Assembly (NCBI GenBank): GCA_034439575.1
Contig: JAWXAQ010000012.1
Location: 1-64,000 of the forward strand
Reading direction: 5' to 3'
Length of the DNA: 64,000 nucleotides
Source of the DNA: Leptospira sp.
GTDB lineage: Bacteria > Spirochaetota > Leptospiria > Leptospirales > Leptospiraceae
Position 1 is the first letter of the stretch. Every line of letters starts with the position of its first letter. The notes under the pieces are model-generated. The model had not been told where the DNA came from and ran no database searches. It saw only the letters and a list, made by a program, of their open reading frames with translations. The position numbers were made by a program, and so were the translations under genes. Shown piece after piece: positions 21,010-32,256 of this stretch.

Positions 21010-21238
21010 GTTCTTAAATTCCTTACATGATATGAAAACGGATTTTTAAAAAATTAATTAACGAATAGGTGATCAGTTTTTTTATTTTTTTACATTTGTT
21101 TGAAAAATAAAGATTCATAATTTTTTCTGAAATTCCCCAAATTATAAAAAAAAGACTAAAGTTGAATTTTCATTCTTAATTTGTAGAATTTGAAGGGCGA
21201 TTGAAAAGTCTGGATGGAAATAGCAATAGGAAATAAAG

Positions 21239-22735
21239 ATGATCAAGATTTCTAATTTAAACAAATCTTATGGAAGCCAGTCTCTGTTTGAAGACTTGAC
21301 CTTTAGTATCAATCGCGGTGAAAAAGTAGGAATTGTCGGTCGTAATGGTCATGGAAAGTCCACTTTGATTCAGATCATGTTAGGAAATTCTGATTATGAC
21401 TCAGGTACAGTCACGGTTCCAAAGAATTATAAAGTAGGACACCTCGAACAACATCTTAAATTTTCGCAAGCAACAGTCCTGGAAGAATGTTCTCTCGGTC
21501 TTCCCGAAGATGAGCAGTATGAAACTTGGCAAGTGGAGAAGGTGTTATTCGGCCTTGGTTTCAGTGCTGAAGATATGGAACGTAGTCCAGATGAATTTTC
21601 AGGTGGTTATCAGATTCGTATGAATTTGGCCAAACTATTAGTATCAAAGCCCGATATGCTTATGTTAGATGAACCAAATAATTATTTAGATATTGTTACC
21701 ATTCGTTGGTTAGAAGATTTTTTAAGAACTTGGGAAGGGGAAGTTGTTCTTATCACGCATGACAGAAGTTTTATGGATAGTGTAGTGACTCATGTTGTGG
21801 CCATTCATAGAAAAAAAGCAGTAAAAGTAGAAGGGGATACTGAAAAGTTATACACTCAGATTAACCAAGAAGAAGAAATATATGAAAAGACTCGGTTAAA
21901 CGAAGCTAAGAAACGTAAACAAGAAGAAATATTTATCGCAAAGTTTAAGGCAAAAGCAAGTTTTGCCAGTCGTACACAATCCAGGGTCAAAAAATTAGAA
22001 AAACAAGGTGAAATGAAAGCACTTGAAAATATAGATGATCTTGAGTTATATTTTAACAGTGCACCATTTGGCGCCAATCAAATGTTATCTGCTGAAGAAT
22101 TATGTTTTTCTTATTCTGGTAAAGCCCCATATATCATAGAAAATTTCTCTATACCAATTGGAAAAAGGGATCGCATTTGTATCATCGGGAAAAATGGAAA
22201 AGGAAAATCGACCTTACTAAAAATTTTAGCTGGGGAACTCCAAGCTGTTTCAGGCACAGTTACCAAACATCCTTCACTCAAAGAAGGATACTTTGGACAA
22301 ACAAATAAAATGAGCCTTAAAGACAATGCTACGATCGTAGAAGAAATTATGAGCGCTGATTCTTCTTGTTCGGAAGGCAAATCACGAAACATCGCCGGTG
22401 GTTTGATGTTTTCTGGCGATGCCGCTTTGAAAAAAATCAAATTTTTGTCAGGTGGTGAAAAAAGTCGCGTTATGCTCGGTCGTATATTAGTAACACCTTG
22501 CAATTTACTTTTCCTCGATGAACCAACGAACCACTTAGATATGCAATCATGCGATTCACTTATAGAAGCCATAGATACCTTTGAAGGATCCGTTGTGATG
22601 GTCACACATAATGAAATGCATTTACGCGCTGTCGCTACCAAGCTTGTGGTTTTCGATCATGATAAAATAAGAGTTTTTGATGGAACTTATGATGAATTTT
22701 TGGAAGATGTGGGTTGGTCTGATGAAGATGTTTAA
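21239..22735 (+). CDS. ABC-F family ATPase
   Basis: Two ABC cassettes ([17 protein letters not shown] and [20 protein letters not shown]), no TM. Confidence 0.95.
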   Translation: MIKISNLNKSYGSQSLFEDLTFSINRGEKVGIVGRNGHGKSTLIQIMLGNSDYDSGTVTVPKNYKVGHLEQHLKFSQATVLEECSLGLPEDEQYETWQVEKVLFGLGFSAEDMERSPDEFSGGYQIRMNLAKLLVSKPDMLMLDEPNNYLDIVTIRWLEDFLRTWEGEVVLITHDRSFMDSVVTHVVAIHRKKAVKVEGDTEKLYTQINQEEEIYEKTRLNEAKKRKQEEIFIAKFKAKASFASRTQSRVKKLEKQGEMKALENIDDLELYFNSAPFGANQMLSAEELCFSYSGKAPYIIENFSIPIGKRDRICIIGKNGKGKSTLLKILAGELQAVSGTVTKHPSLKEGYFGQTNKMSLKDNATIVEEIMSADSSCSEGKSRNIAGGLMFSGDAALKKIKFLSGGEKSRVMLGRILVTPCNLLFLDEPTNHLDMQSCDSLIEAIDTFEGSVVMVTHNEMHLRAVATKLVVFDHDKIRVFDGTYDEFLEDVGWSDEDV

Positions 22736-22765
22736 ATTTTAGTAAAATATTTTTCAAAATTTATT

Positions 22766-24805
22766 ATGACGGATTTAAATTTCATTCTCGAGAAAGAGGC
22801 CAAGGACTCAAAAGCAAGGGCCGCCACATTTAGGACTTTGCATGGTGAAGTAAAAACTCCTATTTTTATGCCAGTGGGAACGCAGGCGACTGTGCGCACG
22901 TTAAATGTAGATACATTAAATCATGTTGGTTCAAATGTATTACTAGCAAACACTTATCACTTATTACTCAGACCAGGTGCTGAGGTATTTCGAAACATTG
23001 GTGGCATTCACAAATTTATGAATTGGGATAAACCAGTTCTCACTGATTCTGGTGGGTTCCAAATTTTTAGTTTGCCCAATGATAGGAAAATGACAGAGGA
23101 TGGTGCCGTTTTTCGAAGTTATGTGGATGGACAAAATGTAATGTTATCTCCAGAAATCAGCATTGAAATGCAAATGGCAATTGGTTCGGATATCATGATG
23201 GTTTTGGATGAATGTGTTCCTTCTACTGTCGATTTTCAGAGAGCAAAAGAAGCAATGGAGCGTACACACCGTTGGGCTCTTCGAAGTTTAAAAGCCCGCA
23301 AACAGAGCAAACAATCCTTATTTGGAATCGTACAGGGTGCATGTTTTCCTGAATTACGAAAAGAGAGTGCCAAAGTTTTGACAGAGATGTCCTTTGATGG
23401 TTATGCGATAGGTGGACTCGCTGTTGGTGAGACAAAGGATGAACGAAATGACTTTTGCGAATTGAGTGCATCTCTTTTGCCAAAAAACCTTCCTCGTTAT
23501 CTGATGGGTGTCGGAACTCCACTTGATTTACTCGAGGCTGTGCATCGCGGTGTTGATATGTTTGATTGTACAATTCCAGTTGAACTTGCACAGAGAGGTG
23601 TGGCGTTTACGAGTTTAGGAAAACTCCAAATTCATAGAGGTATTTATAAATTTTCTGATGCAAAACTGGATCCGAATTGTGACTGCAGATGTTGTCAAAA
23701 TTATTCTCGTAGTTATTTACATCACTTGATAAAAGCCAATGAAATCCTCGGTTGGCAATTGATAGCTGAACACAACCTAACATATTATCATACTCTAATG
23801 TCTGGAATGAGAATTGCCATATTGGAAGATAAATTTTTACATTTTTATCATGAAAAAAAGGAAGAAGTGAGTCAAAGTGATAATATAAATCCTCCTTTCA
23901 CAGTAAAGGCTCCCAAAAAAGACAAACGCCATAGCCTCGGTGATTATGAAATGATTGAAAGTAAAAATGGAAAGTACTTTAGCATCAAACAAAAGAGTTC
24001 CGGTGAAGTGATGCATTCGGTAAATTCACCAATCGAAGAAGCCAATGCACTTTATATTCTCCAATCAAAATTAGCAGAAAAACTTTCATCTCATTTCAAT
24101 GATATAAATTTATCTGAATCTCCGATTAATCCAACCAAACAAGAATTAGTTTTATGGGACGTTGGACTTGGAGCAGCGACAAATGCAATGGCAGCTGTCA
24201 TTTGTCACGAAACCCTTCTACAAAAAACAAAATTGATCATTGAAAGTTTTGAAAACGATTTAACTCCTCTAAAACTAGCATTTAATAATCATGGAAAATT
24301 TCCGCACCTATTCCATAAGGCTCCAAAACAAATCCTTCAAAATCAAAATTGGCTCGGCGATGATGGACTTTTGGAATGGAAATTATATCTCGGCGATTAT
24401 CAAGAGATGTATTCTTTAGCGAGAATTCCTGATATTATTTTTTATGATCCCTTTTCTTCTAAAACAAATTCTTATTTATGGTCGGTCGAATTTTTTTCTA
24501 AGCTTTATGCTTATTTAAGTAAATCTGAAAAACAAGTTTCGTTGTACACCTATTCTGCGGCAACTTCCATAAGAGCAGCTATGTTATACGCTGGATTTTT
24601 TGTAGGGAAAGGAGTAGCCACTGGACCAAAAAGTGAAACTACGATAGCTTATACTTTATATCCAGAAAAAAATATGGAAAGATCCTTACTCGATTTGAAT
24701 TGGCTTGAAAAATGGGGCAGAAGTGATTCAAAATATCCAGATTTGTTGTCTGTAAATAAAAATGAATGGGAGCAAAAAATTATTAATCACCCGCAGTTTA
24801 AATAA
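22766..24805 (+). CDS. tgt: tRNA-guanine transglycosylase fused to an MnmC-type SAM methyltransferase domain
   Basis: TPIFMPVGT, TDSGGFQ, GIVQG, YLMGVG, DMFDC, CxCxxC Zn site; C-terminal DVGLGAATN, YDPFS, YTYSAA..IR. Confidence 0.93.
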   Translation: MTDLNFILEKEAKDSKARAATFRTLHGEVKTPIFMPVGTQATVRTLNVDTLNHVGSNVLLANTYHLLLRPGAEVFRNIGGIHKFMNWDKPVLTDSGGFQIFSLPNDRKMTEDGAVFRSYVDGQNVMLSPEISIEMQMAIGSDIMMVLDECVPSTVDFQRAKEAMERTHRWALRSLKARKQSKQSLFGIVQGACFPELRKESAKVLTEMSFDGYAIGGLAVGETKDERNDFCELSASLLPKNLPRYLMGVGTPLDLLEAVHRGVDMFDCTIPVELAQRGVAFTSLGKLQIHRGIYKFSDAKLDPNCDCRCCQNYSRSYLHHLIKANEILGWQLIAEHNLTYYHTLMSGMRIAILEDKFLHFYHEKKEEVSQSDNINPPFTVKAPKKDKRHSLGDYEMIESKNGKYFSIKQKSSGEVMHSVNSPIEEANALYILQSKLAEKLSSHFNDINLSESPINPTKQELVLWDVGLGAATNAMAAVICHETLLQKTKLIIESFENDLTPLKLAFNNHGKFPHLFHKAPKQILQNQNWLGDDGLLEWKLYLGDYQEMYSLARIPDIIFYDPFSSKTNSYLWSVEFFSKLYAYLSKSEKQVSLYTYSAATSIRAAMLYAGFFVGKGVATGPKSETTIAYTLYPEKNMERSLLDLNWLEKWGRSDSKYPDLLSVNKNEWEQKIINHPQFK

Positions 24806-24833
24806 AGTATATTATAAAAATTGAATTAAGATA

Positions 24834-26276
24834 TTAATCTTCTTCTACAATTTCAGAAATTACTTCACCTTCAAAGTTTATATCCACTTCTGCTTCGTAA
24901 ATTGAATAACCAACTTGCTTATTTTCTTTCAGTGGAATTTCTAATTTTTTGATTTGATTGCCATCCAAGATTCGACCTTTTAGTTTTCGGCCAGATTGTT
25001 CTGATACAAAACGAAAAGGGAATTTTCTTCCAGATTCCCATACGGCGGGAGTGGATGCGATCTCGGTCGCCAATTCCACAGAAAATATATGAGATTCTAA
25101 ATTTCCATCAATGGATTCTTGGATGTTTAGTTTAGTTTTGCCAAAACCACTTACAGTAACGGGAATCATACGATATAAATAAGAACCAGGTGACAATGAA
25201 ACTTCCATTTTACCATTTGTCCAACTTGAAAAAAATGTTCCATTCTCTACAGAAATCGTATAGTTTCTTTTTTGCAATTTGCCTGAAGCGTTTTCCCTTG
25301 CTAAATATAAAAATCCATTTCCTTTATTGTTTGTTGGAACAAAAAAAATACCATCTGTTCGTTCATTACTTTCAAAAAGTATGGATGCATTTTTGTCTTC
25401 CTTACTCGCAACAAGAGTAGGATCCCACCAGCTGAGCACAGCGGAATCTCCAACGACGGGATTTTCTTTATCTACTTCATATTCCCAATCACTTATAAAT
25501 GCTAATCCCCAATTAACAAGAGCTACGCGATTTGGAGGATCTAATGAGTCCCCAAGTAAACTGGTTCTTAAGAAACCGCTTCTTGGTTCATCTGGATCAA
25601 ATGTTTCCCAGGAAGGACTGGAGGCTGGGGAAAATTTTACTTCATGTGTATAGATAGAGTCTATCCCTTGCGAAAGGCCTGGCAATATAAATGGCACCCC
25701 ATCACTCCTTCCAGCCCATGTATCGAGTAACAAACGAAATCCGATGTATAAGGAGTTTTTACCCTCATTAACGGCCGTTAACTGAAATTTGAACCCATCT
25801 TTTCCCTTTGGTTTTAAAGTTAAAGTGACTTTGATGGGATAATCAGGAACTAAACCTGTTAATACAACAGTATCTTCTGTTGATTCATATTCTTTGTTTT
25901 TGAGTTGATCAAATTTAAAATTTTTACCTTCGACTGAAATAGTGATATAGGAAGACCAAATTCCTTCCGAATAAGCTCCGTTAGGATGACCATAAATCAA
26001 ATCAAGTTTTTCGAAATTTCTTTCGGTCCCTAAGCTAAACCTCCCATTGGACAATACACTCATGCTATGCACACCGTTTCGAATGGTAATAGGGGTTTCT
26101 TTTAATAAATATGGGTTATTAGTGGTATTTGACTTATTTATTTCCAAGTCTTTGTTTTCGGAAGTATCAATATTGGATTCATCTGTTTTTACTGGATCCA
26201 AAGTAGCACAATTTGTTAATTGTAAACTAATACAAATTAGTGAAATATATAGTATGTGGAAGTGGTATTTTTTCAT
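24834..26276 (-). CDS. Hypothetical lipoprotein, beta-rich
   Basis: Lipobox LTNC; FRLLLDTWAG and GDSAVLSWW segments; 480 aa. Confidence 0.75.
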   Translation of the reverse strand: MKKYHFHILYISLICISLQLTNCATLDPVKTDESNIDTSENKDLEINKSNTTNNPYLLKETPITIRNGVHSMSVLSNGRFSLGTERNFEKLDLIYGHPNGAYSEGIWSSYITISVEGKNFKFDQLKNKEYESTEDTVVLTGLVPDYPIKVTLTLKPKGKDGFKFQLTAVNEGKNSLYIGFRLLLDTWAGRSDGVPFILPGLSQGIDSIYTHEVKFSPASSPSWETFDPDEPRSGFLRTSLLGDSLDPPNRVALVNWGLAFISDWEYEVDKENPVVGDSAVLSWWDPTLVASKEDKNASILFESNERTDGIFFVPTNNKGNGFLYLARENASGKLQKRNYTISVENGTFFSSWTNGKMEVSLSPGSYLYRMIPVTVSGFGKTKLNIQESIDGNLESHIFSVELATEIASTPAVWESGRKFPFRFVSEQSGRKLKGRILDGNQIKKLEIPLKENKQVGYSIYEAEVDINFEGEVISEIVEED

Positions 26277-26278
26277 TT

Positions 26279-27037
26279 TTAGTTTTCGATTGAATTTTTA
26301 TTACAAGTTATTTCAAATATAGAAGACGGATTTCCCGCATTGTCAACGGCATAAGACTCAATAACCAATGAGTTTGCGTTAGTCGAATGATTTAATTTAA
26401 TAGGTGTCGTATATTTTTTCCAAATTTCTTCATTCGAATATTTCCAATAGATAAATTTGAGACCAGATTGACTATCTGATCCTTCCAACATTAATTTTGA
26501 ATTTGTTGTGCAGATATCGGTTTTAATATTTCCTTTCTCTTCACCTAACCAATATGATTTTAAAGTAGGTGGGATCAGATCAATGGCGATGATTTTTTCT
26601 TTGTTGTCGTTTCGATTACCAAAGATGTCCAAAGTGTAATACCTAAGGACAGTAGTTCCTTGTTTTGGAAGTGGTATCGGCCCTATGGCGTGCTGAAAGG
26701 GAGAACCATCTATGGAATAGAAAGAGTTAAGAGAATAATAATATTCAGGAGAATTTATATACAGTAAATCCTGAGGTCTAAGGTAAATATATTTTGTGGA
26801 TACTTGTTTGTTTGTTATAATTTTTGTATCTTGAAACCTATATAATGAGATCACACGAGGAGAAAGAGAGGGAATTTTTGATTTTAAATTTACAATTGTC
26901 GGAGTCGTTTTTTCCTTTTTTACTTCCTCTCTAATGATTTGAGAAGGCGCAATAAAACTCTTCTCTCTCGATAGCACGCGTTCGGCTTTTAATCCGAGAA
27001 AGCTAAAAAAAATAAGAAAAGGCAAAGATCGGTACAT
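26279..27037 (-). CDS. Exported protein with OmpL47-type/Ig-like repeats
   Basis: Signal peptide; two repeats YSIDG...YYTLDIFGN..IDLIPP and DSQSG...YAVDNAGN. Confidence 0.7.
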   Translation of the reverse strand: MYRSLPFLIFFSFLGLKAERVLSREKSFIAPSQIIREEVKKEKTTPTIVNLKSKIPSLSPRVISLYRFQDTKIITNKQVSTKYIYLRPQDLLYINSPEYYYSLNSFYSIDGSPFQHAIGPIPLPKQGTTVLRYYTLDIFGNRNDNKEKIIAIDLIPPTLKSYWLGEEKGNIKTDICTTNSKLMLEGSDSQSGLKFIYWKYSNEEIWKKYTTPIKLNHSTNANSLVIESYAVDNAGNPSSIFEITCNKNSIEN

Positions 27038-27054
27038 TTATACCGATCTTAGTG

Positions 27055-27093
27055 AAAAAGCTATAAATTGGAAGAAAAAAACAATTTATAGCT
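27055..27093 (-). terminator. Probable terminator after the acyl-CoA dehydrogenase gene
   Basis: 12-bp perfect inverted repeat AGCTATAAATTG (27059-70) / CAATTTATAGCT (27082-93) with a short T tail on the minus strand. Confidence 0.55.
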
Positions 27094-27113
27094 GCTGTTA
27101 GTTCTGAATTTTT

Positions 27114-28820
27114 TCAATCTTTCATGGTATAAGTATCTTTTAGGGAAAGCACTCTATCTTTGTAAAAGGAATTGATCGCCGTTTCGTCGTAATGAGCTTT
27201 TTTGACGAGTAACAAACAGAGTTTTGATTTTTCCTCGGAAATTTTTTCCTTTCCCGATAATTCGGCGGCAAATTTTGAAAAATCCCGCACAAATACATGA
27301 AAGATCATATCCATGGTTTCATTGTCCGTTTTATCAAACTCTGCGTGCTCCAAAATCAATTGACCGTAAATAATCAGAGTCAATAATTCTCCGATTGATA
27401 ACATTAAATCGATATCTGTTTGGTCATCTTTTGTTAACTTTAGTTCGGTGATCAAATTTACGAAAAGTTTAATTTGTTGTTTAAAAATTTCCAAATTTGG
27501 AGTACTGAATTTGGAATATACTTCTTCATAATCTCCTAATGGAACATTGCGTATTGCTTTGGTAGTCGCACCTTGTTCAAATAAAAATTGGTCATTTTTT
27601 GGCTCTACCATATGTGGGATTTTCGGTGCCGGCTTTTTTTCGAATAGATAGGCATTTAAAAACTGAGTCACAAGCATCATATTGATATGAACGGTACCTT
27701 CCAGTTTTGGTAACATACGTATGTCTCTTGTTGCCATTTCAAAATACATATCTTTCTCAAACCCACGAGCCGCTATAACATCCCAAAGGTGGTTGATTAC
27801 TTCTTCGGCTTGCATGGTGACTTTCATTTTGACCATGGGATTGAAGAGTAGGTATCGTCGGTCTTCGTTTGATGCCGCTTTCATATAATCACATGCTCTA
27901 AATGCAAATGACTTCATGGCTATCAATCTTGCATAGGCATCAAGAAAGAGTCTTTTGATATGAGGAAAATTTGCCACTGATTCATTGAATAACTTTCTAT
28001 TCGCTGCATGGTTTAAGGCCTCATGAAAAGAATGACTTGCAATTCCAATGGAGGCCCAACCCAAATTATATTTTGCGTAAGCGACAGTGGCTAGAGCCGC
28101 ATCCCAAGCATCACGGTCCTTAGTTAAAATATCTTCCTCTGTGATAGGATAGTCGTCTAATTTAAATTCGGCGACATATTTTTGAGATTGAACTACATTT
28201 TGAATCAGTTTGTATTTTGGATGATTCGTTTTGACAGCAAAGAATACAAAGCGTCCGGTTTTTGAGTTTTTACCAAATACGGATATACGGCTAGCCACAT
28301 TTCCATTGCCAATATAGTATTTTGAACCTCTCGCAGTGTAGGTTCCATCATCATTTGGAATGAGCTGCATATCTGATGAAATTAAATCAGCGCCATGCTC
28401 TTTCTCAGAAAGACCAAATCCAAAAACTCCACCTGCCAATAAATCTGCTTTCGTTTCTAATTTAATTTTTTCATTTTTGGAATTCCAAATCGGACCAAGT
28501 CCCAATATGCTTACTTGCCAAACATACCAGTAGGAAAGTCCATAAAAACCCAATATCTCATTAAAATAACAATTTCTATAATTATCAAAGCGACTCCCCT
28601 CACCTCCGTAAGCTGGTGGTGCAAGAAGTTGACCAAATATGTTTTCTTTTTTTAAATGTGCTAAAAAATCTTCATACCACACAAAGGCGTGATCATCGGC
28701 TTTTAATTTCTTTTTACCTTTGTTTTCGAAAAATGATATTGTTGATTTCAAAATGTTTTGAGTGGATTTATCTAAATGAGAATAATCTACATTTTTTGGG
28801 TTTAGAATTTGCATAAACAA
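27114..28820 (-). CDS. Acyl-CoA dehydrogenase
   Basis: GFGLSEKEHGADL, GSKYYIGNG, RDIRMLPKLEGT. Confidence 0.93.
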   Translation of the reverse strand: MFMQILNPKNVDYSHLDKSTQNILKSTISFFENKGKKKLKADDHAFVWYEDFLAHLKKENIFGQLLAPPAYGGEGSRFDNYRNCYFNEILGFYGLSYWYVWQVSILGLGPIWNSKNEKIKLETKADLLAGGVFGFGLSEKEHGADLISSDMQLIPNDDGTYTARGSKYYIGNGNVASRISVFGKNSKTGRFVFFAVKTNHPKYKLIQNVVQSQKYVAEFKLDDYPITEEDILTKDRDAWDAALATVAYAKYNLGWASIGIASHSFHEALNHAANRKLFNESVANFPHIKRLFLDAYARLIAMKSFAFRACDYMKAASNEDRRYLLFNPMVKMKVTMQAEEVINHLWDVIAARGFEKDMYFEMATRDIRMLPKLEGTVHINMMLVTQFLNAYLFEKKPAPKIPHMVEPKNDQFLFEQGATTKAIRNVPLGDYEEVYSKFSTPNLEIFKQQIKLFVNLITELKLTKDDQTDIDLMLSIGELLTLIIYGQLILEHAEFDKTDNETMDMIFHVFVRDFSKFAAELSGKEKISEEKSKLCLLLVKKAHYDETAINSFYKDRVLSLKDTYTMKD

Positions 28821-28981
28821 TGACTACCTTTTTAGTGAATTGATTCTTTGCGCAAGATTCGTTTTCAGTGTTTTGATTGCGATCATTTTTAATTGGTGAA
28901 ATTTAATATCGTTAGTTTAAGATAGACAGCTTGAGATAAATTTAATTATATAGACTTTATTCCTTATCCTCAAAATTTTTT

Positions 28982-29491
28982 ATGATCGAATTTGAAAAAC
29001 TAACAACATATAAAAAAGTTCCGAACCAAGAGAATGGTACTTGTTTTGCTTGTGGGCAAAATCATTCTACAGGTTTACATATGAAATTTTATACAGATGA
29101 AACATCTGTTTTTTCCGAGCTAAATCTTCCTCATACATTTGCTGGATGGAGTCGACTCATTCATGGAGGAGTGACTGCGACGATACTTGATGAGACACTT
29201 GCTTGGACCGTTATTTATCTTAGGCAATCTTTTATCTTAACAAAATCATTAACTATAGATTATTTAAGACCACTTTTTGTTGAAGAAGATATTTTTTCGA
29301 TTGGAAACATTTTATCTCAAGTTTCAGACAAAGAATTGTTAGTCGAAGCTACCATTCTAAATTCAAAAAAAGAAATTTGTGCCAAGGCTAGTGGTAAAAT
29401 TGTAATGTTTAGTGCGGAACAGATGCGAAAAAAAGATCTATTTCCTCGCGAATTTCTGGAACATTTTGAAAGTTCCGTGTTCGGAAAATAG
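28982..29491 (+). CDS. PaaI-family thioesterase
   Basis: CFACG...GL, HGGVTATILDE. Confidence 0.9.
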   Translation: MIEFEKLTTYKKVPNQENGTCFACGQNHSTGLHMKFYTDETSVFSELNLPHTFAGWSRLIHGGVTATILDETLAWTVIYLRQSFILTKSLTIDYLRPLFVEEDIFSIGNILSQVSDKELLVEATILNSKKEICAKASGKIVMFSAEQMRKKDLFPREFLEHFESSVFGK

Positions 29492-29562
29492 TTTAGCATA
29501 ACAAAAAGTACTAGAATAGTTTAGCTCTCTCGAGTAGGATTACACCCGTTCGGGAGGCGAAT

Positions 29563-30180
29563 GTGACTGCATTTCAACAAAATTTACCGGTTCAGATCAT
29601 GCCTAAGGAAAATAATCCTGATGGATTAAAATACCAAGGTGTTTTCGAAGCCATGGAACCATCCCGAATGAAGATCAAAGTCGATCAGGATTTATTTGCG
29701 ACAGAACATGGAAGTGACATCGTAGTGGAATTTACCATGTCCAGTTATAATTTCCAATTTGAATCTTCGATCCTTCCTGAAAGAGAGGGTGATTTTATCT
29801 TTATCATCAAACCAAGGGTGATCCACAAAAGCCAAATTCGAAAAGCCTCGCGTTTAAAATGTTTTATCAAATTTAATTTTACGATTTGGACAGAAGGTGG
29901 AAGATATGATGCTAATATAACAGACCTTAGTACGGTTGGTCTTAAAATGATTGGTAGTAAGGGACTTTTTAAAAATATGATTTTAAGTTTAAATGTCTTT
30001 ATCCCAGGCACTAGTTTGCGATTTATTTGTCAAGGTTTAGTTATGTGGTCAAATCCTGCTCCTAGCCAAGACAATACTTATATAACGGGAGTTAAATTCA
30101 CTACTCTTTCTATAGATGCTATGAAAAAAGTAGATAAATACATCCAAGAGCAACTAAGATTACAATCAGCTTCCAGTTAA
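29563..30180 (+). CDS. PilZ domain (YcgR-like) c-di-GMP receptor
   Basis: RKASR (RxxxR) and DLSTVG (DxSxxG); GGAGG RBS. Confidence 0.88.
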   Translation: MTAFQQNLPVQIMPKENNPDGLKYQGVFEAMEPSRMKIKVDQDLFATEHGSDIVVEFTMSSYNFQFESSILPEREGDFIFIIKPRVIHKSQIRKASRLKCFIKFNFTIWTEGGRYDANITDLSTVGLKMIGSKGLFKNMILSLNVFIPGTSLRFICQGLVMWSNPAPSQDNTYITGVKFTTLSIDAMKKVDKYIQEQLRLQSASS

Positions 30181-31359
30181 ATGGTTAGATGAATTGGAAT
30201 TATTTCTTAAACTAAGTGAGTTTAATAATTCTCTTTGAGATTCACCCAATTCAATGAATTCGGCTCCAACGTGAAAATTGTTGAGAGATCCTTTTTCTTT
30301 TCTAACTATTTTGATTTTTGCATTAATGTGTTCACCAGAAGTATCATCTTTTAAATGTACATCGATCAAATCATTTAGTTCGATGGGATGGTCAGTTTCA
30401 AAAGCGATCCCTGTAATCGAAATATTTTTTGACATTGTTTTGATTGTTTTGTCTGGCAGTTGGCAAGATAATTCTAAATTTGCATTAAATCTAAAACTCC
30501 CTCTTTTGTCATGCGAGTAGGCGACAATGCGATCTTTTCCAGAGTATTTCGCATAGTATAATGCTCTATCTGCAAAGTCATACAAATGATTTACATCCTT
30601 GGCTTTTTCAGGAAAAGAAGCAATCCCACCACTAACCGTTACATGTTTATCAGCATATTCTATAGTTCTAATGCTTTCAAGTAACTTCTGTGCGACGATG
30701 AGTGAGCTTACTTCATTCGTTTGTGGAAGGATAATGGCAAATTCTTCGCCACCTATGCGGCATGCTGTGTCTTCCCCGCGAAGATTTGATTGAATCATTT
30801 TTGCAACGTTTGCTAAAATTTCGTCACCCTTGGGATGACCATAGGTATCATTGATTTTTTTGAAATTATCAATATCTAAAATCAAGACGGTTAGTGGTTG
30901 GTTGTATCGTAATGCTTGTTTGAATTCTCTTTGGATACAATTTTGAAAATGCCGTCGATTATATAATTTTGTCAATTCATCGATCAGAACTAATTTTTCC
31001 GTTTCTGCAAAAAGCCTGATTTCGATTAACTTTGGATTGATCATCTTTTTATTTATGTTAATAAAATAATCAAGCATAGCTACACGAAAACCTACATCGC
31101 GTTTCAATTGGAGAGTTAGATTTTTTTTGTAAGCAATGACCTCATTCCAAATTTCTTCGGCTTCCTCTTCAGGAAATTCCATGGATGTAAATACTCTAAG
31201 GAGTGCAGTATGTATCTTTGATTCTGTGAGTAATGCTGGTTCTGTGCTTTTAATTTTTTCAAGAAGATACTCTTCATTTGCAGCATCTTCATCCAATATT
31301 TCCATAATTTTCTCATCGATTCTATATTTGGTATATGGAGTTGGAATATTTGAAATCAC
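30166..31359 (-). CDS. Diguanylate cyclase with C-terminal PilZ domain
   Basis: DELTKLYNRR, DIDNFK, RGED I-site, GGEEF; RGSFR and NISITG. Confidence 0.92.
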   Translation of the reverse strand: MISNIPTPYTKYRIDEKIMEILDEDAANEEYLLEKIKSTEPALLTESKIHTALLRVFTSMEFPEEEAEEIWNEVIAYKKNLTLQLKRDVGFRVAMLDYFININKKMINPKLIEIRLFAETEKLVLIDELTKLYNRRHFQNCIQREFKQALRYNQPLTVLILDIDNFKKINDTYGHPKGDEILANVAKMIQSNLRGEDTACRIGGEEFAIILPQTNEVSSLIVAQKLLESIRTIEYADKHVTVSGGIASFPEKAKDVNHLYDFADRALYYAKYSGKDRIVAYSHDKRGSFRFNANLELSCQLPDKTIKTMSKNISITGIAFETDHPIELNDLIDVHLKDDTSGEHINAKIKIVRKEKGSLNNFHVGAEFIELGESQRELLNSLSLRNNSNSSNHLTGS

Positions 31360-31506
31360 AGGTACGCCTCTTGGAAATTTATTAAACGTGGGAAGTTGAC
31401 CAAAATTATAATCTTGTAATTCATTGTAAACTAAAGGATTGAGAAGAAAACTGTGTTCAGTTTGAATCTTACTTTACCTTTTGTCCCATAGTTCCAGTTT
31501 GTCAGG

Positions 31507-32256
31507 ATGAGTGACCAAAATGAAAAAAAAGAATTTGAATTACATTCTTTAAGAAATCTACTCGGATTAACCCCGCATGATTTTCCTTTTTTAGAAAAAT
31601 TAACGGCTGAAGATTTAAACATTTTAAAAAATCAATTTCTTAAATCTGTGCAAGATGGTCAGCGTGAAATTTTTGTAACCATAGCAAAGGTTAGTCGTTA
31701 TATGCCGAATTTTTTGAATGCCAAAGTTTCACAAGATATCCTCGGGCCTCAAATTACTGCAAATTTGTCTTATTATCTTTCCGCTAAGGAAGCTATTAGC
31801 ATCGCAAATTATTTTCCTACAAAATTTTTTGCGGATGTTATAGAATATTTAGTTCCCGAAAAAATCAGTGAAATGATTTCACTAACACCTTTTGATCAAA
31901 TGAGAAAAGCCGTTGACGAATTGATTTCTAGAAACAATTTTTTTGTCATTGGTTCGCTTATGGATTATACGCCCTTAGGTTCAGTTGATAAAATCGCGCG
32001 TGGCATACTTGACCCAGGCCACCTAATATTAATTACCTATAATTGTCAGGATAAGGCTAGAGTATTGGATTTATTTCAGAAATTTGGTGAAAAAAGAATA
32101 TTTGATGTAATTTCAAGAGGACTTAAACCAGATTTATTTATGGAAATGAAAATTATATTCGAACATGCGAATGAAGAATTAATAGAATTCACTAAAAAAT
32201 CGATTTTAGAAAATGATTCTGAGCTTATCCAAAGATACGAAGAGATGTTAGGCTAA
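31507..32256 (+). CDS. Hypothetical alpha-helical protein
   Basis: 249 aa ORF, no recognisable motif. Confidence 0.75.
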   Translation: MSDQNEKKEFELHSLRNLLGLTPHDFPFLEKLTAEDLNILKNQFLKSVQDGQREIFVTIAKVSRYMPNFLNAKVSQDILGPQITANLSYYLSAKEAISIANYFPTKFFADVIEYLVPEKISEMISLTPFDQMRKAVDELISRNNFFVIGSLMDYTPLGSVDKIARGILDPGHLILITYNCQDKARVLDLFQKFGEKRIFDVISRGLKPDLFMEMKIIFEHANEELIEFTKKSILENDSELIQRYEEMLG

